Source: Camelus dromedarius
Lineage: Eukaryota
Length of the DNA: 64,000 nt
Direction: 5' to 3'
Assembly (NCBI RefSeq): GCF_036321535.1
Contig: NC_087436.1
Coordinates: forward strand, 45,324,001-45,388,000
Shown: positions 24,651 to 38,378 of the stretch, in pieces
How the letters are laid out: each line of letters starts with the position of its first letter
Numbering within the stretch: position 1 is the stretch's first letter
Program-made: the position numbers and the translations under genes
The notes under the pieces: model-generated
The model's database searches: none
What the model saw: the letters and a program-made list of their open reading frames with translations, nothing else
What the model was told of the DNA's origin: nothing

Positions 24651-25334
24651 TGGCTTCTTCCTGTTGTGCTTACAACCTCTCTCTCTCCTAATCAAAGGGC
24701 TTCTTGAATTTCAGCTATTTTTTCAGGTAGCTTGCCAAAGAAGTTGTTTTTTCTTTTCGTTCTTTTTCCTCATATAAGGTAAACATTCAGATTCTGCCTT
24801 TTGCCATAGTCAGGTCCTGGAGTTTGATGCTCAGAGTTGACACATATACTCAGGGACCACTTAGGTACTCAGTAAATATCTGTTGAGTTGGTGGATTAGT
24901 AAAGTGTAGCCAGGTCACCCTAAAGCAGCTCAGTTGACGCTGGATGAAAGAGAGAAGGGAACATAAAGAAATTAGACAAAGCAGTACTGGAGCTGTAAAG
25001 TGTAAGAAGAAAAAAAAAAAGAATCAGAAAAGGAAAGGATTGAAAAGACAGAAGGGCAAGGAAGATAAACTTGATATACTTGTTAGGTTAGATAACTAAA
25101 CTCTGTTAGAGAAACTTGTCTCTGCCGAAATGAGATTAAATTCTTTAGCCTTGGATATGGTAGATGATGTTTGGAACAGATTCCAGATACAAAAGTTGGC
25201 CTGTTGAAAGATCCATTATCTGCCTACACATATGGCCTCTGAATAAAAAGGTCAAGATGGAAATCACAATAATAACCTCCATGTTTATGAGTAGCTAAGA
25301 TGTAGACACCCAAGCCACTTTTCATAGTAGCAGT

Positions 25335-25580
25335 GCAATCATAAATATAAAAAAATGTGAGAGCTTTCTATATGTCAGGCATTATTCTAGGCACTTTATA
25401 GAAGTTATCATGTAAGTCTTCTCAACAACTCTATAAGATTAGTAGTAGTAGTAGTATTCCCATTTTAGAGATGGGAAGATTGACATTCAAAGAAGTTAAG
25501 TCATTTGCTAAAGGTCACAGAATTGGGGTTTGAAACAGGTTGTCTGAGTCTAAAATCTGTATATCTAACTACACAGCCTC
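25335..25580 (-). mobile_element. MIR SINE
   Basis: tattcccattttagagatgggaagattgacattcaaagaagttaagtcatttgctaaaggtcacag. Confidence 0.8.
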
Positions 25581-27799
25581 TGTTCTCTGAAGAAGAGAAA
25601 TGTTTAAGGGTGAAGTTACTAAGAAAAACTTAATCACTGTTTCTCAAAGTGCAATCCATGGGTATTAATAGATATACTTGCAGAGCAGACAATGCTGGGG
25701 TAAAGGTAAGAACGTTCTTTCACTGCCTTCCATTCTTTCAGATGGCATCTTACTGTGAATCTCCCAGACAGGATATACTGTTGAGTGATTTCTACATTTA
25801 GTTGATGAGAGAGCTTTGTTTGAGGAAGTATCTTTTGAGTCTTGTGTTGCATGGAACACACTGTCAGAAATGCTACTTTAAACTGTTTCAAATTATAAAC
25901 TAAACAGAAAAAAGAGAAGACTTCAAGATCAAAAAGGGTCCATTTTGCTCTGAATATTTCTATTGTTTTCTCATAAAATAGTAGTAAGAGAAATAGAATT
26001 AAAGGAAAGAAGTGTATATTTTTATAAATTATAGGTTCATCTTATATTTATTAATTTCACATTCTGAAGCAATCCTAAACTATTAAAATCATCGTATGTT
26101 TAATTTTGGCAAATCAACTTCCTGAATTTTAGCCCTTGAAATCCCTTTTTTATCAGAAAGATCATTTGATGTTTCACTAAACGTTTTATGGGTCAAATGT
26201 TTTGATGTGTTCTCCACAAATGAAAGGGAAAATATGGATCAAATTTATATAAATATAATGTCTAGAAAATGAAAAGTAAAAACATTTGGAAGAATGTACA
26301 TAAGAATGTATGTAGAACTGTTAAACTGGAAGCATTTTTTAAAAAGCTCAGCTAAAGAAAACATAAAACCTTTAGACTCAGTCTCATCTAGAAAAACAGC
26401 AATCTTATCACGAGGCCCCATGTTTGGGCTTAACCGAACAAAGGAGATAATAGACCTTTGGTATAAGGTACACTTACCTGGGACTGAGGATATCCACCAG
26501 CTGTAAAATATCTCTCCTATTTTCCTGAAATTCTACCATAAGGCATTCATTATTTCAATGAAACGTTATGTTTATGTCTTCTCTGGTTTTTTTGTTGTTG
26601 TTATTGTTTCCAGATTGATCTGGGAATCCTTCTGTAGGGTTTTCTGGGACACACAGACTGTGCTTATGATTTTCCCTACCCACATCATCCCTTGGGCACC
26701 AGGGTTTCATAAGCCACAAGCAAGAATTACATTCCTGTTACTCATTTGGATCGCCCTGGGGAAAATCAGTGCACTTTACCTACCTCTCAAAAAGGGTCTA
26801 TGGGCCACCATTCATTCCTCTGTCAGTCACTCAACAAATACATATTGACGTCTTCTTTCAATCACTCAACAAATATATATTAACTCAATAAACATTTACT
26901 TTTCAACAAATATTTACCAGAAGAGGAATTCTAGAATAAACTTTAAAATGTGGACATTAAAAGAAATGTTAATAAATACTCCTAAAGACAAGTGGGTAAA
27001 CCCCTGCTTTGTCCTTAGAATGTAGAAGTTTTGAAAATATTCAGAAAAGCAAAGAAAATAAAATGAAAGGATTCTATTAGTCCTATCATTTTAAACTGCT
27101 TTTATATTGGGCTCCCTAATGTGCAATAATACATTGGGAGACGGTGGCAGGACATAGAAACAGTAAGAGGAAAATAATAGTGATAATATAGTCTAGATTT
27201 TTGTTCTAAGAATTTCTAAATTATCATTGTCAGTTTTTTCAATGCACTAAGTTATATCTCTATATTCTGAGTTTTAAAACTTCTTGATGTGCTTAATTTA
27301 CTCAACATTCCCTGTCAGCCTTTGTAGTGTCAAAATTCTTGGCAATAGTCTCTTCTCTCTCTTCTCTCCTATCCAGAATTCTGCAAAAATCATGTTGGTT
27401 TAGGGAAAGTGTCTCACCCAATGTTCTTTTATTCCATAAAGAATCCAAGTTAATTATACTAGTAATGATGATTTTTGGATCATGTTCCCCATAAAAATTC
27501 TTATCGATCATTCCTCACCATAGGTAATATTAATTATTTCTTTCAGAGGGGAGGTCTGTAATTTTCCAGTTTTTACTTATTAGCACTGATTGTTTGGTTT
27601 GAATTTTATTTATTACCACACTAATTTTAAGGAATGACGTTGTCTTCAATTTTGGGGTTTTTGGAAGTAAAGATTTTAGCTGCATTAAGATGATCAAAGT
27701 CATCTACATGAGCAACAGAAGTGTTATTTCTCCTGTTGGCACTCTGTCTTCTTGCATCTCTTCTGTTTTTCGTTTATCACTTTCTAAGTATTCTTTTGT

Positions 27800-28241
27800 T
27801 TTAAGCTGAAAAATCATCCCCCTGAAAGTTACCTACATCCTAATCCCTGGAACCTGTGAACGTTATTTTATGTGGTTAGAAAAGTCTTTGCAGATGTGAT
27901 TAAATTAAGAATCTTGAGATGGAGAATTATCAGGCATTAGGGTGGGTTTTAACATTGCAATCTGATGTGTACTTATAAAAGGGAGGCAGAGGGAAATTTT
28001 ACACACAGACATACATACGGGTGATGTGAAGACTGGCAGCTGTGAGAAGCTGGAAATGGCAAGAAACAGATTCTCCTCTACAGTTTCTGGATGAGGCATA
28101 GCCCTCTGACACCTTGATTTTGGCCCAGTGATACTGATTTTGGACTTCTCGCCTCCAAAAATGTGAGAGAATAAATTTATGTTATTTTAAGCTACTAAGC
28201 TTGTGATAATTTGTTACAGCCACAAGGGAATTAATATGACA
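27800..28241 (+). mobile_element. MLT1 (MaLR) solo LTR
   Basis: cctaatccctggaacctgtgaacgtta...tttgcagatgtgattaaattaag...ctgacaccttgatttt...aataaatttatgttattttaagc...taatttgttacagc. Confidence 0.9.
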
Positions 28242-29134
28242 GTCTTTAGGTATTCATTCAACAAACATTTGTTGAGAACCACAATGTGCCAGGTATTCAA
28301 CTGATGGAAAAGCACTAAGTAAGAACATATGAAAACAGTCTCAGAGCAGAAGAGTTTTTCTCAAGTAGAAAGAGGGTCAGAATAAGATAGAATATTGGCT
28401 TTTTGGACAATGGCATACTCTTTCTTTCCTTCACTTTTGATTTTCTAGAGATACACTTCAGAACTCTGTTTTTGTTCTTCAAAACATATACAGATCTTAC
28501 TCAAGGCTCTAAAGGATTTTTATGCATTCATTTTCCAGTTGCCTTTACCATGGAATATTTATTAAGAGGGCTGATAAATGGTTTCTTCAGTGAACAGGAT
28601 GTATGCGTTTCTGTATAAACATTATGACTCCCACTGAATTTATTTGAATCACGTATTAAATTTACATCTGGGGAAAATTTTATATTCACTTTTGATTTGG
28701 AAGCTTTAATTCTAGATGCTTTTTTTGATCAGTGATGTTGCAAATCCAGGGCAAAATAATGCTATTTCTTGTGGATATGGTAATTTCCTTCTATCTTCTG
28801 CATACATTGCATCATTAATTTTTACTCTTGTCGTTGATGGTAATCTGGTGAATTATTTACTTCTGCATTTAGATACTTTCCTTTGATGTTGATTTTTATT
28901 AGCTTTTAAAGAGTTTTCAGGTGACTCTTTTATTCTTGGTTTAACTGATGTCTTTTGCATCTGTGCCTAAGATATTTATATGCATATATTGCAAGGGTTA
29001 GCTTAATTACTTAAAATCTCTACTCAGGATTCAGACACATCTCCAAGCGTAGAATCATCAGGTACAGCCTACCATGGGTTAGAGCATATGAAAATTTTAG
29101 ATACATTTGGAGAAATAATTTCTTTTGGAGTTTA

Positions 29135-29700
29135 CAAGTCAGGGATGCTTTAGCTCCAAGTCAAGAAAACTTAGCTAACTGTGGCTAAACCTATAAAGAC
29201 ATCTAATGACCTCCCATAACAGGAAGTCTGGAGGTAGGGAGTAGCATCATGGTTTGGCAGCTCAATCATGTCATCAAGAAACGAATATGTGCCTATCTGT
29301 CCATTCCACCACCTCTCCTGTGTGGTCTCAAGCTGGTTGTCACAGCTCCAGCTATGACAATCTTTCAAAACCAGAAGTGAAGGATGGGAGGTAGAGTAAA
29401 AGTTTTTCTCCCTTAAGAGCTCTTTCCTTTTATCCACACAATGTGGATAAAAGACAGTGGAGAAAATAACTTCCCAGAAGTCCTCAGCAGCTTCCCTGAC
29501 ATTTCACTCAGGAGTCCTGACTCACTTGGCTCTGCTGTGGCTTCACCTGGTGGAGAGGAATGTGATGGGAATGACTTAATGTGAAACAACGCCAGTTTCT
29601 CTCTAGAACAGCACACATGGCTGGTACAAACAAACTCAGGGTATTTGTCAGCAAATAAGAAGGGGGAATGGCTGTCAGCTAGACAAAAAGACTGTGGCCA
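29135..29700 (-). mobile_element. Old MLT1 (J/K/L-like) LTR
   Basis: agtcagggatgctttagctccaag...aggaagtctggaggtaggg...cagctcaatcatgtcatcaag. Confidence 0.6.
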
Positions 29701-30289
29701 CAGGTCAAGGAGTGTGAGCATGGCCCAAGTAGACCTTCTGTGTGGAGAGGGAAAGGAGAGATCCTGCTGTTCTCTACCTGCTGCCTCCAGCCCTCCCCAC
29801 ATCTTCACTGTTTCCTTTCTTGGCTCTCCTATCTCCTCACTTCTTCCTAAAGTCATCTTTCATGCTGCCCTAGCAGTGTGCAGAAATCTTCAGTGAGTCC
29901 CACTCACTGACAAGATCAGGTTCATGGCATGGTATCCGAAGCCCCAGTTCCCTTAACTCCAGAAGGTTATTTATCTCTCAAAGTCCTTTTTCAAATTTAT
30001 TCCCATGCCACACTGGGCTATTGATTGTCTTGCAGAAGCATTCTACCCATTGCTGTCATGATGCATTGGCTTGTGCTGAGGCTTCTGCTTGGGTTTTCTT
30101 TTTTCCTTCCTCTTCTTCTCTTTTTAATCATTCTCAGGACCCAGCTTACCTCTCTTCTCAAGTAAACAAACCTTCTCTGATCCAGATGGACCAAAATGGT
30201 CAATCCTGCTTTAACCTCCTATAAATATACTTGATATCATTCATTTGTCATTTATTTTCAGTCCAGTCCCCAAATGGCCAATTATTCCG

Positions 30290-30710
30290 TGTATTAGTGA
30301 ATGTAGTCTAACTGCGCAGACAAGCAGTACCAATATATCTGCTATGTCATTTATTTCTCACTCAGGGCATACCCAAAGTGGACAGTTTTGTTAGTGAACT
30401 TTCTGGGACAGCACTCCTCCAGGCTGTGACTGGGGGATTCAGGCCCCTTCCATCCTGTGGGGCTGCCGTCTTCAATATACGGCTCCAGGGTTGCCACGGG
30501 AAGAGAAGGAAACATGAGGAATTCATACTGGATTTTTAATCACCTTGGCCTGGAAGTCACCCTCATTACTTTCACTCACAGCCATTGGTCAGAACTAGTC
30601 ACATGAGTCCTCATAAAAGCCGAGGGACTGGGACAGACAGGCAGCAACAACTCTGCTCTTCAGGAGAGGAGCATGTGTCTTTGGTGGTCACCTAGCCATG
30701 AGTGCCCCAT
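30290..30710 (-). mobile_element. Old MLT1 (K/L-like) LTR
   Basis: tttatttctcactca...gggattcaggccccttccatc...ttggcctggaagtcac...cattggtcagaactagtcacatg. Confidence 0.65.
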
Positions 30711-32257
30711 GCCGGCCTCCCCTCATTATAGGATGAATTTTGCTGAGACAGTGCAGTGAGCCAGACAAAGAAGGTCATACATAGAAGACAAATACTGTGC
30801 CAGTTGCTAGTATTTTTTATAGAGGCCTAAGGCCATATCCAAAGCAAAGTGCCTTCTCGTCACATATGTATAAAAATTATTCACCTACATGCTCACAGTT
30901 TATGCTAATTTCCACCTCCATTGCTCTAAATGTTTATCTTAACTAGACTTTTTCACCTGAGCAGACTTGTACTGTGAGAGGGATACACACAAAGTGATTT
31001 ACTCCTGGTCTCACACTGCTTCTAGGGATGGCTTAGGTACAGCAACTCCCTGTTCTATTTTCCAAAGGTCATTTTATTGGCACTTCAGAATAGCATAGAA
31101 ACAAATGTTAAGTAAGGGTAATTGCATTCAGGTGGAAGGAAAGAGGAAGGAAATGGAATGAAAAAGAACCAACGTTAGTGGTGCACACTTGGTACCAGAT
31201 GTCTTTTATTTTCCGTCTTTTTAATGCATCCAGTAATGCTGTAAGTTAGTTATTATGGGTCCCAGCTGCTACTTACCATACTGTGCAGCCTCCAAATCTA
31301 AGAGAAGGAATTTAGTACTATTTATGAGTTAGTCCAGACTTCTCCATGAATCATTTGTATTTAGGTACATTATGGACTATCTAAATCTTTGCAGCTAGCC
31401 TAAGCAACAAATCATGTTTATAATAGTGTTTATAAGTAAAAAGGTTCTACAAGATCCAACACATAAGACCTACTTATCTAATTGTCAAGCCTGTCAGGAC
31501 CCTGGGAGAGTCTCTTCCCCAACATGCACTGAGCAGAGTGGCCATTGCATTAGTTTTTGCCCTGTAGCACCCCCATAGTATTCCTATCGGCTTGGGGTGT
31601 TCAGAATTTAGTTTTGTAATCTATGAAGTGTAAGTACTGCCAAGCTTATGAGATAAACGATGACAAACGTTAGGATAGTGGAAGAACAAAGAAAATAAAT
31701 GTGATGCCCTAATGCTGTTTAACTGCTATTCTATTTTTCAAACAAGTCATAGATTTGAGAAGCTGGGTTATTAATTCAGATGACTGTTATGAAGCCTGTT
31801 TCATTTTCTTGATGATTGATGATTGATGTGTTACCACAACGCATTATAGACCTGAAATACCCATATCCACATCCAAAGAGTGAGCCATGTCACTTTTCTG
31901 AGATAACTCTGCTATGAGTTCAGGTGCCCAGCCAATTTGTGATTTTAATCATAACACTTAATACTCTGTTCTGCAGTCTCTCTGAAGGCCGGTATTGTTC
32001 ATTTCCCCCAGCTGCTTATAAAGCTGTTTGCATAATGAGCCTGTGACATTCAGCACAGAATCCCTTATTGATTTTGTTGCTTTTCTTTAGCAACTGAAAC
32101 TCAATACTGCCAACTCTAATGCAACAGGTCTGTATGTGGCAGTAAGATACATGGAGATCTATCTAACAATTTTATAAATCAATTTGATTCATTTAGACAT
32201 TCAAATCTGACAATTAAGGATAAAATTATTTTTGAGGTTCAAGGTAATCTGGGCTCA

Positions 32258-32660
32258 TTGGCAGTGAGTAGCTAATTGTTCTTGAGACATATCTCCCTGT
32301 CCTCCTGGGTTCACAGTGGGGCAACGTTTCTCAGCCTTCTTTGCGGTGGAAATGTGACTCCATCTTAGCTAAGGGAATATGGAGAGAAGTGACACACTCT
32401 CTTCAGGCCTGGCCTATAAGAACCACCTGTGTGATCCTACATACTGTCTCCCTTGAACTGCCAGCTCCTTGTTGACACCCAGGTAAATCTGGAAATTCAC
32501 ATGTTGAAGATGGAAGAGTCACAAGATGGAAGGAGTCTTGGCTTCCAAATGACCACATCCCCCTGCCCAACTCCACACCACCAGGTATCCTTTTGTATGT
32601 AAGAAATTAAATTCTATTTATTAACGCTATGGAGAGTTGAAGAAATTATCCTCTAGCATG
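32258..32660 (+). mobile_element. MLT1 (H/I/J-like) LTR
   Basis: agaagtgacacactctcttcaggcctggcc...catgttgaagatggaagagtcacaagatggaagga. Confidence 0.75.
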
Positions 32661-32761
32661 ATTTTGACTATGATTCTTTACCATGTATAGTAAAGGATAA
32701 TAGTTAAAATCACACTAGAAGATAATTCCTTCAGTTAATTGCTGAATTTTTACTTCAGGCT

Positions 32762-32983
32762 GGTAGTTGTCAATCAGGGCCAATTTTGCCCTCCCCTCAG
32801 GGCACACCTGGCAATATAAGGCAACCAGTTTCTCAAGGCTTGTGGAATGGAAGGGGTGGGGATCGCTATTGGCATTTGGGAGGTAGAGGCCCTAGATGCT
32901 GCTAAACATCCTGCAGTGCACAGGCCAGCCCCCGCGTGCAGTATCTAGTCCAAGTGTTGATGGTGCTGAGGTTGAGAAACAGG
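32762..32983 (+). mobile_element. MER20 hAT-Charlie MITE
   Basis: aattttgccctccc...ggtagaggccctagatgctgctaaacatcctgcagtgcacagg...gtgctgaggttgagaaac. Confidence 0.85.
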
Positions 32984-33349
32984 TTTAGGCTATATCTGTA
33001 CAGCAAAAATATATATAATTAAATATTTGGTTAACTTCATTATACGCCTTGTTAAGTAATCTGATCCTACATTTGATTAATTTAGGTTCTTGTTTTGGTG
33101 CTATGATCTACCAGTGGTTTTGGTCACTAATGGTCATTTGGGAAAAACTCTGTAATGTCTATATTTTTCTTTCTACCTCCATAGCCTCCTCACCCAACCC
33201 TCCCTCTACACTGTACTGTTTTCACCACCATATGTTTATTGCTGTCTCCAGCAATGCTCACAATACCCAGCATAGAGTAGGTGTTTAATTAACTTTCAGT
33301 GAATGAAGACTCAAATCATGTAAATAAAAGCACAGAGAAAAAAGGGATG

Positions 33350-33890
33350 ATCCATTCCTTGTCCTCAACTCTCCTCTCCCTTAGCTTCCATGACACTACA
33401 CTGCTTTGGTTCATCTCTCCCCATTCTGTCTTCTCAACGTCTTCTCCTTTTGTCCTTTAAATGTAGTTCTTCATTAATCAGACATACTCTCTTCATTCTC
33501 TTCCTTCTTTGGATAACTTAACCAACACATCTTCTAGAGAACCCCTAAATTTCATCACTAACCCAAATTTTTTTTTCTAAGATTCAAGGTCAAAACTATG
33601 CCAGTCTGTGTCCACTTGCGTATTTTACCCTCACCTGCAATTCAGTTTGTCTAAAGCTAAGTATTGTCACTCCCCGCAAACACATTGTTATCGCCTCTCT
33701 CTTTTCCATGTTTCATTTTTCCATCAGAGTTACAATTCCTCCCTGGCATCAGCCAAGATTCTTCCCTCACTCTCACCCACTGCTAGGGAGATTGTAGGTT
33801 TTTGGCAACTACAGTGTCTCTTTCCTCTCTTCTGGCATTTTGTGTAGGTTGTCTTACATGGCTTTAATTTGCCTTTTCTTGTTCCAGTTC
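33350..33890 (+). mobile_element. L2 fragment
   Basis: ctctcccttagcttccatgacactacactgctttggtt; cctcacctgcaattcagtttgtctaaagc. Confidence 0.55.
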
Positions 33891-33904
33891 TTAAAAATCT
33901 AGAG

Positions 33905-34213
33905 CAGCACCAGTTAATAGAAATATAAAGTGAGCCCTATATGTAACTTTCAACTTTCTAGTAACCACATTAAAAAATGAAAAAGAAATGGAAGAGACTA
34001 ATTTTAATAATATATTTTAATATATGTCCAAAACATTTTCATTCCATGTACTCAAAATTAGAAAAATGTACTTGATATAAAAATTAATAATATTTTTTCA
34101 TACTGTCAGATCCCATGTGCTTTGTGCTTATAGCACATCTCAGTTTAGATTAGCCATGTCTCGGGCCCTCAGTACTCAACGTGGGCTAGTGGCTACCCTG
34201 GTGGATAGTGCAG
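33905..34213 (+). mobile_element. MER33-like hAT-Charlie MITE
   Basis: cagcaccagttaatagaaatataa...tttctagtaaccacatt...ggctagtggctaccctggtggatagtgcag. 8-bp TSD atctagag (33897-33904) / ctctagag (34214-34221). Confidence 0.88.
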
Positions 34214-35604
34214 CTCTAGAGCTTCAGGACCTTATCTCTTGCTTGTTTGTGTTCATAGTATTTGGTACAATGTCTGGCACACAAGTGTGTTTGGGCAAAG
34301 AAACTAACTTCAACTTCATGAAAGTGGCTTTTCTTTGTTCTAAAGTGCTGCAGAGCGTATGCTGGACACTGTCTTAAGTTATTTATTTGCTGCTTTGAAT
34401 TGTTTTCTACTTGCTTGACCTAATATATGCCTTTTCCCCCCATTCAATGTTTTGGGGTTAGGGTCACTCATTATGTTTTCTAATTCCTTTTTATTCCCAA
34501 CACTGCACTCACTGCATGTTGCCAAATTCATAGATGATATACAGATAGAATAAATGGTTAAATGGTAATCAGATAAAATTTAAGTTGAAGGAAAAACTCA
34601 TTTCCTCTTTTAATTATAAACTTAAAAATTGAACTAAGTTTACATGACAGCTTTCTACCAGCCTGTCTCTCTAAAATATTTACCATTTTTGAGTATGGTA
34701 CTACATTATAACTGTTCTACTTAGAATTCAATACAGGTTTATTGTAGAAAAAAAGAAAGAAAATGCACAAAATGTGTGTCTTCACATTAAGTGATAAAAG
34801 CAGACAATAAAATGGTATGTACAATATGAATCTCTCGTTGGAAAATACATACACATAGAGAAAGACTAGAAAGCATAAAGCAAAGTGTTATAAACAGTGA
34901 TTTTCTTTGGTGATACATAAAATTATGAGGTAATTCTTTTCCAGTTTTGTGTTACTATTCTTTTTTTGTTTTACGTATTTTCCTGAAGATACATTATTTA
35001 GTATTTAGAAAAACAGTTATGCGGGGTCAAGTCCTTCATGAAAAACTCAAGATGTTTATTTGCATCTGTTATTTTCCTGTAAGAACTGTCCTCCTGTATC
35101 TTGATCCATTAAGCTACTTGTGCTAAGAAAGGTATTCATACTGTCTCTGGAAAATACAAATCTATTTCCCATCATCATCATTCCATATTTCTGGTTTATT
35201 AGGATAAGTTTAATTATTTATCTGGGGTCACCGTTTTGTACTTTTCCATAAATCATGTTTTCGATTGCTGACCTCCTTTTTGTGCTGAGATTTCCATTCC
35301 AGGGATTATCCACTTCCTTCCAATCTTCCCCACATCTCACCCACCCTGCCCATCCTGGGGCCCTCTTTTGGACATTATTAAACATTATCCCCTCCCTTGG
35401 AGATCGTTTTTACAACATGGATTACAGGACAGACAAATAACAAATATACCTTATTAAGCTTTAATTGAAGAATCTGATATTCAGACACACATGTAGATAA
35501 AACAAATGTTTCACATCTGAAAATCTGATTTTATTTTTATTGAAGAAAGGCTGTATGAATTTTCATATAGTTTACTTTTCCCTTTTTCATTCCTGAACAA
35601 TATG

Positions 35605-36170
35605 ATATACACAGCAGCCATAGTAACTTTTTAAAAGCATAAATTGTATTACTTCCTTGCTTAAAACTCTCAGTGGCTTCCCAATGCAATTGAAATAACA
35701 TTTAGAACTTTTCTGTGGCCTGCAAGTACCTCCAAGATGTCTTTTCTTTTTATACCCTACACTCCATTTTCAAGAACTTCCTTTCTGTTCCTTGAACACT
35801 CCGGAGTCCCATTTTTGGGCTATCACCTTACCTAAAACACATCTCCCCAACACCTTTGTGAGACTGCCTCCTTCTCCCCATTTCTGCCCTATCTCAAGTG
35901 CCACTTCCTCAGAGAGTGCCTCGCTGACTGCCTTGGCCTTATTATGACTGCCCTTCTCCCTCCTTCATCACACTGTCTATTCCATCAAACTACTTCACAG
36001 TTCTCATAGCCTTCTTTCCACCTGAAGTTATTTCACTTAGTTTTTTATTAATGGGTATGGTCTGTCTCCCCAGCCAGAATGTAAGCTCCACCGAACAGAA
36101 ACTTTTTCTTGTATCCTCATTCCTAGAAGTGTGCTAGGCACATAGTAGGCACAAAGTAAATATCTCTTGT
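35605..36170 (+). mobile_element. L2 3' end
   Basis: ccttgcttaaaactctcagtggcttccca...agaatgtaagctccac...gtgctaggcacatagtaggcac. Confidence 0.8.
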
Positions 36171-37301
36171 TTGGAGATCTAAACAGAAGTTGGATTTGAA
36201 TAATGCTCAGTGCCTGTGCCTTCTTTGCTCCCAAGAATGGCTGCAGGATCTGCTGCTCAGGACTTAAGGAGCACACCTCCCATCTCTGAGCAGAGGAAGT
36301 CATCCCTCCTGGTTCCTTCAGCCTCTCTTTGTCACCATTCTCAAACCATCAGTGCCTTTTCAGTCCACCACCAGAAGGGCAGATGTCCTAATTCCACTTT
36401 CACCAGCTTCCCAGAGAGTTTCCTTTTAGTTTCTGTAAAGGAAAATCAGCCTAAACCAATGAATTTCACTGTTGCCCTTTGGTCTACAAAGATGAAATTA
36501 CGTTGCTATCATCAGTAGGGTGCGTGCTTTTAGTTGAATTGTCTTTTATCTATCACACCCATGTGTTACCCATAAATAAGAACATTTTTCTGCAAGGCCA
36601 GTCAGTAGGACTTGGTATGAGTCTGTTCTAGAACTTAGATCAAAATGAGAATTATGAGCATGGTTTCATTAGCATCACAGCCTAACCAATTTTTCTACTT
36701 TATCTTAAAATTTTGTTCAACAATAAGTTGGTTAAAAATAAAGACAAATTTATCTCTTCTAAGAACATGGGAATTTAGAGCTGCAATATAGTTTAGATAT
36801 GATATAGTTTATAGACAAGAAGATAAAAACCCAGGGTGAGGCTAGATAACCTTTCAAAGGTCCCTGAGCCAGGTGAAGGCAGAGCCACATGTAGACACCG
36901 AGCCCAAGGCACTTTCTAGTACATATAATAAAAGTCAGTGTTTATTAGTTACAGGATTAACTATTTTGCAATATTTAATAATTTCTTCTCTGTCACACTG
37001 CCTGACACATAGAAGGCAATCAGAAAAATTGGCAATACATGAATGAACCATTAATGAGAAGTTTTAAAAACATTTTTGAGAGATTTGGCTTCCATTTAGA
37101 ATAGTGATTATAGTGTCTTGGTACTTTTCATTTATCGCTGTCTTTTGAGGATATAAACACAAGCATGACCATTATACACAGTGACTTAAACAATATTAAT
37201 TTACATGGTTATCTGACTCTCACTTGTGTCATTTCACAGTTACCGCTGCCTGATGAATACACCCTAGGATGTGTATCCATCTCTGTATTCAAAGTGCACA
37301 T

Positions 37302-38378
37302 TCCCCCCCCCAAAAAAATAGGATATACATTCTTTTCAAGTGCACATGAAACATTTTCTAGGATTGACCATGTACTTGGGCACAAAAGAAGCCTCAACAA
37401 TTAAGAAGATAGAAATTATCTCAAGCATCTTTACTGACCACAATGCCACGAAACTAGAAATCAACTACAAAGAAACAAAGGAGAGAAAAAGGAAAGTGTG
37501 GAGATTAAACAGCATGCTATTAAAAAACCAACAGGTCAATGATGAAATCAAAGTTGAAATTAAAAAATACCTTGAGACAAATGAAAATGAAAACACAACC
37601 ACACAAAATTTATGGGACACAGCAAAGGCAGTGCTAAGAGGGAAGTTTATAGCAATACAGGCCTTCCTCAAAAAACAAGAACAATCTCAAATAAACAATC
37701 TAACCCACCAGCTAAAAGAATTAGAAAAAGAAGAGCAAAAAAATACCCAAAAGACAGCAGAAGGAAGGAAATAATAAAGATCAGGGATGAAACAACTAAA
37801 ATAGAGACTGAAAAAACCGTAGAAAAAATCAATCAAACCAGAAGCTGGTTTTTTGAAAAAGTAAATAAAATCAACAAACCTCTGGCCAAACTCACAAAGA
37901 AGAAAAAAAGAGCACAAATAAGCAAAATAAGAAAGGAAAATGGAGAAATTACAACAAATAACATAGAAATACAGAATTTCATATGAGAATATTATGAAAA
38001 ACTATATGGAACCAAACTGGATAACCTAGAGGAGATAGACAAGTTTCTGGAAACATACAGTCCACCAAGACTGAATCAAGAAGAAACTGACCACTTGAAC
38101 AAACTGATCACTAGAAATGAAATCGAATTAGCAATAAAAAAAACCTCCCTACAAATAAAAGACCAGGACTGGATGGCTTCACCAGGGAATTCTACCAAAC
38201 ATACAAAGAAGAACTCATACCAGTCCTTCTCAAATTCTTCCAGAAGATTGAAAAGAAGGGAATACTCCCAAACTCATTCTATGAAGCCACCATCACCCTG
38301 ATACCAAAACCAGGCAAAGACACCACCAAAAAAGAGAATTACAGGCCAATATCACTGATGAAGATAGATGCCAAAATC
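37302..38378 (+). mobile_element. Internal L1 ORF2 fragment (end of endonuclease, linker, start of RT); no 3'UTR or tail
   Basis: [82 protein letters not shown]. Flanked by TCAAAGTGCACAT at 37289-37301 and 38377-38389. Confidence 0.95.
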
